Counted from the first letter of the stretch, positions 15,369 to 22,866 are shown. The stretch is 32,000 nucleotides of DNA from Candidatus Saccharimonadota bacterium (GCA_039920285.1 JBDSDX010000001.1:240001-272000), one strand, 5' to 3'. The notes: a model not told the origin generated them from the letters alone. Program-made: numbers and translations.

Positions 15369-15900
15369 GTGAAAGCCTCTGTAATGCACGCAGAGTTCGA
15401 AGGTATGTTAGAACGCACTCAACCTGATGAGCCTATCCTGAAGCTCTACAAAGAAGTAGTGCTTTCACGAGCAACGAACGACTTGGGCACGCTAAATGAA
15501 AAGGTTGCAGCGCGGCGTTCAAAGCTCGACACGATTGCCGACAACAGGCTCTCTGCAATTAAAAAGTTCAATAGTGATCAGCTCACGGAAAACGAAAAGA
15601 ATGAATTAGTGAGTGCACTTGATGACGACAAAGATGTTGAGCTTGACGCTTTGCACATTCTTGAAAGACAGCAAGCTATTCGTGAAGTTGATATTGATCT
15701 TGCAGTGGGTCTCATGCGAAACACGGCGGCACAATGGAGCATCGCCTCATCAAATGCAAAGGCAAGGTTCCAAAGCGCGTTGTTTCCAGATGGGTTGGTT
15801 TATGATTACGAGAACAATAGGTTTGGAGCCAGTCAAATCAGTCCGCTTTACAGATTGCTTCCAAACAAAAAAGACTCCAAAGTGCCTTTGAAATCTTTCT
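15369..15900 (+). pseudogene. C-terminal remnant of a large serine recombinase (catalytic N-terminal domains missing)
   Basis: Only about 175 aa remain: a coiled-coil region plus RFQSALFPDGLVYDYENNRFGASQISPLYRLL. That resembles the C-terminal tail of large serine recombinases (from memory). There is no resolvase, recombinase or zinc-ribbon part. The ORF reads through into the terminator and tRNA, so its 3' end is artefactual. Confidence 0.45.
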
Positions 15901-15907
15901 TGGTTGC
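15863..15907. repeat. Proximal att-like direct repeat (copy 2): tRNA 3' end plus its terminator
   Basis: AAACAAAAAAGACTCCAAAGTGCCTTTGAAATCTTTCTTGGTTGC. The hairpin is retained despite 6 substitutions relative to copy 1. Confidence 0.7.
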
Positions 15908-15978
15908 GGGGGTAGGATTTGAACCTACGACCTTGTGGTTATGAGCCACACGAGCTGACCGGGCTGCTCCACCCCGCG
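15901..15978 (-). tRNA. Initiator tRNA-Met (CAU)
   Basis: The reverse complement is CGCGGGGTGGAGCAGCCCGGTCAGCTCGTGTGGCTCATAACCACAAGGTCGTAGGTTCAAATCCTACCCCCGCAACCA. It has the C1/A72 mismatch and is very close to E. coli tRNA-fMet in the acceptor, D and T arms. The anticodon stem has only two of the three canonical G-C pairs. On the - strand TTGCCA-17-TAATAT lies upstream. Confidence 0.9.
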
Positions 15979-16062
15979 ATACAAAGTCTATATTAACAGA
16001 GATAAACACTTATGGCAAGTCTCTTGACAACGATAAAGCATAAGCGCATATTCTAAGTAATT

Positions 16063-16263
16063 ATGAGTTTACTTGATATATCACAGGAAAGAGAGCTTGG
16101 TCCACGAATAAATACCGCGTGGGAAGCTACGGAAGATTTCTCAGGACTTACGTCTGATGTACCGGTCGGGTCATTCGATGAGGTTCGTGATACAGAGGTG
16201 AATCGAGCTCGCGAAAAAGTCTATGTTGCGCTTGCGAACAAATCAGATCTAAACGAAATCTAG
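16063..16263 (+). CDS. Small acidic hypothetical protein (66 aa)
   Basis: The ORF is preceded by TTGACA (16024-16029) and a CATATT/TATTCT -10 a few nt before the ATG. No homology recognised. Confidence 0.3.
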   Translation: MSLLDISQERELGPRINTAWEATEDFSGLTSDVPVGSFDEVRDTEVNRAREKVYVALANKSDLNEI

Positions 16264-17633
16264 CTTAATTTGCTGGCAGCAACGCGAACTGCTTCAGCCC
16301 ACGATAGGAAGGCGTGTGGGGTGTCTGCGATTTGTTGAGCGGTAAGATTATACTTCACGGCTAATGCGAGCTCATGGATCATCTCTGAAGCGTGAGGAGC
16401 CACAATGGTACCTCCCAGCACAACACCTTTCTTGTCGGTGATGATTTTGACGAAACCATCACGGAAATCGGCTGTATTACTGCGGGCAATGATATTCAGA
16501 GGAGCGACGGCTTTATTGATTGCGAGGTCACGTTTATGGCAATCGTCTTCTGTCAGGCCGACCTGGGCTATTTCGGGTGTCGTAAAGATCAAAGCAGGAG
16601 TAGCGGTGTAGTTTGGAATGATTTTATTCTTAGAGAATAGGTTATGAGCGGCGACACGACTTTCGAGTAGGGCAGTATGGGTGTGGCTATCACGACCGAG
16701 TACATCACCGGCAGCATATATATGTTTCGTACTTGTTTGGAGGCTATCGTTTACTTCGATACCCTTCGGTGTGTACTTAACAGAGGCATTTTCTAGCCCA
16801 AGGTCAAGATTTGGAATGCGACCAACTGCCACGAGGATTTCATCGGCTTTAATGGTTTTTTCAGTGCCGGCGCGGGTGAGTAAGATGCGTTTTCCAAGGC
16901 CATCCTTGGTCACAGACAAAACGCGAGAGTGGGTGAGGACAGTGACCCCTTTTTGCTCGGTTAGTACCCTCTCCATTAACTCCCCTACTTCACTATCTTG
17001 ATTTGGGAGGAGGCGAGATGCTTGTTCGGCTATGTAGACTTTAGTACCAAAAGTAGCCATAAGTTGGGCGATTTCAACGCCGTGGCTGCCACCACCAATA
17101 ATCAACAAACTTTTTGGCGGACGAATTGCTTCAAGAATAGTACGAGGGGTATAGAAGTTCGTTTCGGTGAGACCTTGGATCTTTGGTGTCGCCCAGCGTG
17201 AACCAGTCGCGATAAGGAAGTTAGCTCCAGATAGGTGACGGCGATTGACACTGATTTCATAAGGACTTAAAAAGTGAGCGGTAGCATTAAAAGAGGAGAT
17301 ACCGTGACTTTCATAGAACTTTCTGTTCCCTGCTGCGCCTGTTCGTTTGACAGCCAGGTCTTTCCAGGCCCGTATTGAAGGGTAGTTGTAGCCAAGCGTC
17401 GAGGTCCGAAGGCCAAAGCGATCTCCGTGACGAGCTTCATCAAACAGTCGAGCCACATGTAACAATGCTTTGGTTGGGACATCGCTCCAGTTTGGTGAAT
17501 CACCCCCGAAAGTATCAGCTTCAATAATCGCCACTCGTTTACCAGCACGAGCAGCAATAGTTGCTGCTGCGCTCCCACCGGCTCCGCTGCCGATGACGAT
17601 AAGGTCGTAATCAAATGTGTGTGCTTGAGCCAT
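16260..17633 (-). CDS. Dihydrolipoyl dehydrogenase-like FAD/NAD(P) pyridine nucleotide-disulfide oxidoreductase homologue lacking the redox-active cysteines
   Basis: It has FAD GxGxxG (VIGSGAGGSAAA), NAD GxGxxG (IIGGGSHGVEIA), AAGDV and a dimerisation domain. The canonical GGxCLNVGCIPSK is GGDSPNWSDVPTK here (nt 17481-17501). Confidence 0.85.
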   Translation of the reverse strand: MAQAHTFDYDLIVIGSGAGGSAAATIAARAGKRVAIIEADTFGGDSPNWSDVPTKALLHVARLFDEARHGDRFGLRTSTLGYNYPSIRAWKDLAVKRTGAAGNRKFYESHGISSFNATAHFLSPYEISVNRRHLSGANFLIATGSRWATPKIQGLTETNFYTPRTILEAIRPPKSLLIIGGGSHGVEIAQLMATFGTKVYIAEQASRLLPNQDSEVGELMERVLTEQKGVTVLTHSRVLSVTKDGLGKRILLTRAGTEKTIKADEILVAVGRIPNLDLGLENASVKYTPKGIEVNDSLQTSTKHIYAAGDVLGRDSHTHTALLESRVAAHNLFSKNKIIPNYTATPALIFTTPEIAQVGLTEDDCHKRDLAINKAVAPLNIIARSNTADFRDGFVKIITDKKGVVLGGTIVAPHASEMIHELALAVKYNLTAQQIADTPHAFLSWAEAVRVAASKLS

Positions 17634-17641
17634 GCTATCTC

Positions 17642-17932
17642 CTAAAGGGTTATCCGATGTTGTTCATATAAATACGCTGCGTCTGGGCTGTGATTCTTCA
17701 ATGTTCGTGCGGCCGTTCGACGCAGATCATGACTGGTGACTTCAGGATGGGTTTCCAACCATTGATGAACTTCTTTGACCACCGCTCGGGCGATTTGTTC
17801 AGCGTGTCCGGGTGCCGTTCCAGCGCTGTGACAAGCTGCTTGAATACTGGCGTGAAGTTTCTTTGGATCGAACGATTCAGTCGGTCGACGACCGTTACGT
17901 TTAATAACGTCGTAATCCCCACCCTCAGTCAT
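17642..17932 (-). CDS. Stand-alone ATP-cone domain protein
   Basis: VIKRNGRRPTESFDPKKLHASIQAA ... AEQIARAVVKEV ... VTSHDLRRTAARTLKNHSPDAAYLY fits the ATP-cone pattern seen at the NrdR/NrdA/NrdD N-termini. Confidence 0.7.
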   Translation of the reverse strand: MTEGGDYDVIKRNGRRPTESFDPKKLHASIQAACHSAGTAPGHAEQIARAVVKEVHQWLETHPEVTSHDLRRTAARTLKNHSPDAAYLYEQHRITL

Positions 17933-18645
17933 TAGGCGGCTCCAGTAATGTCGGTAAGAATCTTACAGACATAGACAAAGAAACCAAGGATAGCTAACGC
18001 ACTACCAGCAGCAAACTGCAGGAAGTATTTGTTTTTTTCGCGCCATTTTTGAATCTCACTGAGGCGGTGACCGCTCCCAATCAAGATCCACACGCTGAAA
18101 AGAGTCAGTAGGGAAACGACAGCGTAAATTGCGATGCCGACGAGCTGCCATACTCCTGGGAGCTGGACTAAGACGAGTGCACTAATGATCATCGGCGCAG
18201 CAATAAACAGTAGTTCGCTCATAACACTTGTTAAGCCTAGACTAAATGCTTCGGCGCTGTGTTCAGTTGCTTTGCTGCGATTGCTCAGGTGCCGAGCCAT
18301 ACCACGAGGAATCCAAAGACTTGTACCTTTTTCGCGGCGGTAGTAAAAGAACCAAACAGCGAGGCCAACGCCAATTAAAAGTCCGCAAGCAATGGCCCAG
18401 ACAAATTGGGGAGTATTAGTACCGAATAAGCGAAGCACTATAAGCGAAATAAACGATAGGGTAAGGAGGGTCATCACCCCTACCCCACTCACGAAGCCAA
18501 AGGTAAGTCGAGCAACCTTAGCCCGAGACTTATTTGCACCAATCGCATGACTACTAAGTAACGTCAATACACTGACGCTGAGTTGAAAACTAGCGTGGAT
18601 GAGCGCCGCAAGGGTGACGATGGCGAGAGACGAGGCGATGTCCAT
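17932..18645 (-). CDS. Integral membrane protein (6-7 TM), family not recognised
   Basis: Hydrophobic throughout. Its stop overlaps the ATP-cone start, so it is probably the first gene of a three-gene - strand operon. Confidence 0.45.
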   Translation of the reverse strand: MDIASSLAIVTLAALIHASFQLSVSVLTLLSSHAIGANKSRAKVARLTFGFVSGVGVMTLLTLSFISLIVLRLFGTNTPQFVWAIACGLLIGVGLAVWFFYYRREKGTSLWIPRGMARHLSNRSKATEHSAEAFSLGLTSVMSELLFIAAPMIISALVLVQLPGVWQLVGIAIYAVVSLLTLFSVWILIGSGHRLSEIQKWREKNKYFLQFAAGSALAILGFFVYVCKILTDITGAA

Positions 18646-18723
18646 ATGTTTATTTTTTAGTATCCTCTGATCTGTTTATACCATAAGCATCACCTCTTAG
18701 CAAAGATATTTAGCATAAGGGCA

Positions 18724-18752
18724 TTGACATTATATGACGTTTGTGCTTAAAT
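18724..18752 (+). promoter_or_regulatory. Sigma70-like promoter
   Basis: Consensus TTGACA (18724-18729), a 17-nt spacer, then TTAAAT (18747-18752). Confidence 0.45.
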
Positions 18753-18802
18753 AAGAGCACGAAACAACAAACAACAAAAAAGGCAAATAGGGCATCACCA
18801 CA

Positions 18803-18940
18803 ATGGAAATAACAGAAGCAATAGTCGAACCAGTTACCATGAGCGAAGTACTACAGCTCGCAACATGGGACCGACCACGAACCAGTGACGAACTCCGTAA
18901 TTTCATCACTCGTCGCGAATCATTTATCTCTGGTAAATAA
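18803..18940 (+). CDS. Candidate small protein (45 aa), below the ORF-track cutoff
   Basis: MEITEAIVEPVTMSEVLQLATWDRPRTSDELRNFITRRESFISGK*. It is bracketed by the promoter at 18724 and the terminator at 18955. No clear SD. Confidence 0.35.
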   Translation: MEITEAIVEPVTMSEVLQLATWDRPRTSDELRNFITRRESFISGK

Positions 18941-18954
18941 CAGGGAACAAAAAA

Positions 18955-18982
18955 ATAGGGCACTTACCTGCCCTATTTTTTA
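18955..18982. terminator. Rho-independent terminator, possibly bidirectional
   Basis: ATAGGGCA-cttacc-TGCCCTAT forms the stem, flanked by an A-run upstream and TTTTTT downstream. Confidence 0.7.
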
Positions 18983-19022
18983 TGTCCACAGTATTGAGTG
19001 GAAGTACTGGTATGATAAGACC

Positions 19023-19558
19023 ATGAAAACCTTACCGCGACAAGAAGCGAATATCGAGTGGGATCGACTATGGGACTCGATGCAGTCTGAATGGTTCAAA
19101 GTCGAAGTTTTGCAAGATTATTCAGCTGAGGATAAAAGCGAATCATTAAAAGCTTGGATGGCGGGCGATACGTCACGCAGTATTGAGCTACTGAAATCTG
19201 AATCACATGAGTGGGCTGATGATTGTCGAAAAAAAGTGAATCGGGGATTGCTCTGACAAGAATTCACGTTGTTACCTATCCCCTATCTGACTATGTGCAA
19301 TGGGAGATTGAGGTGTATAAAAACCGAAATATACCCCTTGGTCACGAAGATATTTTTCTCCTCGATCGAAAGGACGTAGCCGATTTGGATCTTCCGGCTG
19401 GTGACCTGATGCTCTTTGATCAAAAAAATGCTGTCATCGGCCAGTATGACGAAACTGGCTATGCACAGAGCCAGACCTTTTATGATGAGACAGATGACCT
19501 GTCCTCGTTTATTACCTTACGAGAAAAACTTCTCAGAGCGAACCTAGTGAGAGTTTAG
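19023..19558 (+). pseudogene. DUF6879-like gene interrupted by a frame change at an A7 run
   Basis: Two overlapping ORFs (19023-19256 in frame 0, 19223-19558 in frame -1) together give the family pattern (WFKVEVLQDY ... ALTRIHVVTYPLSDYVQWE ... GDLMLFD). The frames meet at cgA AAA AAA Gtg (A7, 19229-19235). Confidence 0.6.
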
Positions 19559-20222
19559 TTGCCGAGTCCTGCGATAAGGTTGACAGTAACTGCAACGATA
19601 ACAGTACCGAAGACGTATGACAGAACTGCGTGTCGGATAACAGTCTTACGGAATTCGGTGCCGATCAAATCAGTGTCTGATGTTTGGAAGGTCATGCCGA
19701 TTGTGAAGGCCAAATAGACGAAGTCGGAGTAAGCAGGTTTGTGGTCTTGTTTGAAATCAACGGTGCCTTCTATATCTTTCGAATAATATAATCTTGCGTA
19801 ACGAAGTGTGTAGATGGTGTGAATCAGAATCCACGAGAAGACAACACTGATAATGCCGAAGCCAGTTAGGAGAAGTTGCGTTTGGATATTTGCCGCGCTA
19901 TGGGCTTCGTAGAGTGTAAAACCGACGGTGCTAAGACTGGCGATGCTGGCTAAAATGAGCACCACATCGACACCGGCGCGACGGGATCTTCTCGGAGTGC
20001 AAAGCGAGCGGTTTGTTCATGTCCCATTGGCCAGATAATTGCCCAGACCCAGATAATGAAACTCAGGACGGCCGCATCCCAGCCAATCAAGATTGAGATA
20101 AGCCCAAGACCAGCGGCGAAACTCATGGTCCCAACAGCAATCCCAACAATAACGGCAATGAGGAGACGTTTTGCTGAGGAGTTATTTATTTTCTTTATGA
20201 TTGTCATGAGTTCATCATACAC
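19555..20222 (-). pseudogene. DUF1345-like membrane protein gene interrupted by a frameshift
   Basis: The 90-aa N-terminal ORF (19950-20222) and the 136-aa C-terminal ORF (19555-19965) together resemble one DUF1345 protein (LRYARLYY ... DFVYLAFTIGMTFQTSD). Adding one C to the CCC run (about 19984-19986, - strand GATCCCGT) gives a continuous REDPRRAGVDVVLILASIASL. Confidence 0.5.
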
Positions 20223-20412
20223 CGTTCAACAGACTATTTGCATAATAGCCATTACCTTGTTACCATTAAGCTAGACACCATAGTAATATGATGAGAATAA
20301 GATCTGTATCTTGCTAATTCTCACAGAATCTCTCAACCTTCTATACATTTCTGGTTGGAACTGGTGTACGGAATATATCCAGGACATTCAAACAGTAAAA
20401 ATGAGGACAAGT

Positions 20413-21345
20413 ATGAAGAGAATAAGTAGGACAAATCTACGTATCGGTGCAATAACGATGACAAGCATATTTATCGTTGGTGCAATAACACTTATATCTC
20501 CCGTAACTCATGCTGTTCAATCAACGGTCGACTTAGGTGCGGCTTCTCCTTTTGTACTTCTTGCGGGCACGGCAAATATCACCGATGCGGGGAATGCTTC
20601 AGTTATTAATGGTAACGTTGGCCTCAGCCCTGCAACGGGTGCGGCTATTGGTTTGGTATGTTCGCAGGTCACAGGTACTATTTATTCCGTTGATGCAGCA
20701 GGACCTTTGCCGTGTCGCGTCACGAATGGCCCACTTTTGGTCACAGCAAAAAACAACCTCACAACAGCGTACACAAATGCAGCCAACAGGATACCGGTCA
20801 CGACGGTCCCTACTGAACTTGGAGGAACAACTCTCGTTGCAGGTGTGTATGATTCTTCATCGACGACGTTCGGCATTACTGCTGGTGCTGGAGCACTGGT
20901 GCTCGATGGCCAAAATGATCCTTCATCAGTCTTTATATTCCAATCTGGCTTCAGCGGAACGGGTTTGAACGTTGGTTCTGGAAGTACGGTGACATTAATC
21001 AATGGGGCACAAGCGTGTAATGTTTTCTGGCGAGTTGATTCAGCGAGCATTGACACGACAGCTACGTTTGTCGGATCGATACTTGCACTTAACTCAATAA
21101 CCGTTGCAAATGGGGCTACGATTAATGGACGCCTCTTGGCACGTAATGGTTCGATATCATTGATTAATGACACGATTACGAATTCAGTCTGTGCAGGCAA
21201 CGATTCAAGTAACAATACAACGACTCCAACTTTTCCAAATACGGGAATCTTCGCCAACCTCAATTCGATCATTATCATACCGATGACAATCATCATCGCT
21301 GGTATCGTACTGGCGCTCATCGCTCACAAAAAACGCTTAATATAA
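20413..21345 (+). CDS. Secreted DUF3494 (ice-binding-like beta-solenoid) protein with a C-terminal sortase sorting signal
   Basis: Signal peptide (ending ISPVTHA). The DUF3494 pattern is LGAASPFVLLAGTANITDAG ... NGNVG ... VFIFQSG ... NVFWRV ... VGSILA ... INGRLLA. The C-terminus has FPNTG (21232-21246), a hydrophobic helix and HKKR. Start set to the ATG at 20413 (AGGA upstream). Confidence 0.75.
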   Translation: MKRISRTNLRIGAITMTSIFIVGAITLISPVTHAVQSTVDLGAASPFVLLAGTANITDAGNASVINGNVGLSPATGAAIGLVCSQVTGTIYSVDAAGPLPCRVTNGPLLVTAKNNLTTAYTNAANRIPVTTVPTELGGTTLVAGVYDSSSTTFGITAGAGALVLDGQNDPSSVFIFQSGFSGTGLNVGSGSTVTLINGAQACNVFWRVDSASIDTTATFVGSILALNSITVANGATINGRLLARNGSISLINDTITNSVCAGNDSSNNTTTPTFPNTGIFANLNSIIIIPMTIIIAGIVLALIAHKKRLI

Positions 21346-21358
21346 AAAGGGACGTAGT

Positions 21359-22012
21359 ATGCCAAAACAGCGTACTCAGGGAATAACTCAAAAAACTGTA
21401 CAACGACTTTTTATGTTCGTTGGTGTTCCAGTGGTATCAATGTGTCTGGTATTTCTTGCTCTGGCCATTTTAATGCCAGCGTACAAGCTAACTCAAGATG
21501 TACGTAGTCTCGCTATCGTGACGCCAGCTCAGAAAAGTACGAGTGCGACTCCTGTGCCTATTGCGGGGCCTCCTGTACGCATCCAAATCTCCCGCATTGA
21601 TGTGGATGCGATTATCAATCCTGTCGGCCTTACAACGAGCGGAGCTATGGACATAAGTGAAAATCCAGACCAAACCGCGTGGTATCAGCTAGGTGTTATT
21701 CCAGGGCAAGTCGGGAGCGCGGTGATTGCAGGACATTATGGGTGGGGGCAAGATGGTCATGCATCAGTTTTTAATAGTATTAGTACACTTCAAAAGGGAG
21801 ATACAGTATCTGTGTATGATGCGACCGGTATTGAAACTAATTTCGTTGTGCGTGAGAGCCGGCTCTATGATCCAGTCGCCGATGCGACAGAAGTATTCAC
21901 GTCTAATAACAATGAACCTCATCTTAATTTAATCACTTGTCAGGGAGTATGGTCAGACGCTAAGGATAGCTACTCTAATCGACTCGTTGTCTTTACTGAC
22001 TTGAAAAAATAA
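21359..22012 (+). CDS. Sortase family transpeptidase
   Basis: N-terminal TM anchor, catalytic His context VIAGHYG, the TLxTC-type motif LNLITCQG, and a conserved Arg region (NRLVVF). Confidence 0.85.
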   Translation: MPKQRTQGITQKTVQRLFMFVGVPVVSMCLVFLALAILMPAYKLTQDVRSLAIVTPAQKSTSATPVPIAGPPVRIQISRIDVDAIINPVGLTTSGAMDISENPDQTAWYQLGVIPGQVGSAVIAGHYGWGQDGHASVFNSISTLQKGDTVSVYDATGIETNFVVRESRLYDPVADATEVFTSNNNEPHLNLITCQGVWSDAKDSYSNRLVVFTDLKK

Positions 22013-22033
22013 ATAGACTCGTGAGAGTCTATT
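22012..22033. terminator. Hairpin terminator shared by the sortase gene (+) and tRNA-Met (-)
   Basis: AATAGACTC-gtga-GAGTCTATT forms the stem. The - strand reading is followed by TTTATTTTTT. Confidence 0.6.
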
Positions 22034-22043
22034 GAATAATTAT

Positions 22044-22120
22044 TGGTAGCAGCGACAGGAATTGAACCTGTGACCTCAAGCTTATGAGTCTTGCGCTCTA
22101 ACCAACTGAGCTACGCTGCC
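22044..22120 (-). tRNA. Elongator tRNA-Met (CAU)
   Basis: The reverse complement GGCAGCGTAGCTCAGTTGGTTAGAGCGCAAGACTCATAAGCTTGAGGTCACAGGTTCAATTCCTGTCGCTGCTACCA is a cloverleaf very similar to E. coli elongator tRNA-Met as I recall it. Confidence 0.9.
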
Positions 22121-22155
22121 ACGCCTAAGTACAGGGATAATTCTACCAATAAACA

Positions 22156-22866
22156 ATGTTTTTGACCAGAGCTGGTGTGGTTATGGTTGCGTTCGCCACT
22201 ACCGTTTGGTTGAATGAACATATGTCTTTCCAAGAACTTAGTCGTGAACGATCAGCCGCTCAAGTTGCACGGCAACGCCCAGAGCTGGCAAAAATTATTA
22301 GGACTGTTGGCTATCCACGACAGTTCACAGATTACGCAATCGATAGTGACGGAGATCGACTCATTGCCGAAAAGTCAGATGCAGTGATCGCAGGGCGCTA
22401 TTTATCGGGACACTTTTCTGATTCAGAACTTACCTTTCGATGGAGTGGGTTTGTACCACATGGTACCGAAGCGGATCCATATAGTGAAGCGCTCGACGAC
22501 GCAATTCCTTATATTGAATATACTGACGATCTTTTTGAGGGTCAATTAGTTATCGACGCCATCTCAGCTGCTTTTGCTCGTCGGCGTCACCCTCATCATC
22601 CAGTAACATTACCGGTAGCGGGGATTGAAATACGGGCGATATATTCAGAAGATGGCGAGCCGTCGTTGTATCGTATGTTGGTTGCCGCAAAGAATCTTGA
22701 GCAGGCACCGTTAGTATTCCGTCGTCAAAAAGCGCAAGGCATTGAACTTTCTCCGACGTATGCTCATTTTGCTGCTAGTAGCAATCTCGAATCAGCCGCT
22801 CAGATTCTCGCAATCAGCGCACTTCATCACCAGCATATTGAAGCGCAACTTAATGGTGAGTTATAA
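22156..22866 (+). CDS. Hypothetical protein
   Basis: 236-aa ORF. An alternative start at ATG 22222 is possible. No domain recognised. Confidence 0.4.
   Translation: MFLTRAGVVMVAFATTVWLNEHMSFQELSRERSAAQVARQRPELAKIIRTVGYPRQFTDYAIDSDGDRLIAEKSDAVIAGRYLSGHFSDSELTFRWSGFVPHGTEADPYSEALDDAIPYIEYTDDLFEGQLVIDAISAAFARRRHPHHPVTLPVAGIEIRAIYSEDGEPSLYRMLVAAKNLEQAPLVFRRQKAQGIELSPTYAHFAASSNLESAAQILAISALHHQHIEAQLNGEL

Larger units (their letters stand above)
11314..15907. mobile_element. Integrated genomic island at the 3' end of the initiator tRNA-Met, probably immobilised
   Basis: It is bounded by a 45-bp direct repeat (39/45 identical, with an 18-bp perfect core GAAATCTTTCTTGGTTGC) covering the last 7 nt of the tRNA plus its terminator. 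Cargo is an RT, BRO-N/DinD-like genes and a truncated recombinase next to the tRNA. Confidence 0.65.

Noticed and set aside
19236-19267. The hairpin after the A7 run as firm evidence for programmed frameshifting
   Set aside because: The stem is only 6 bp with a 20-nt loop, and it starts with no spacer after the slippery site. This is too weak to prefer recoding over a simple homopolymer indel. It is retained only as a note inside the frameshift finding.
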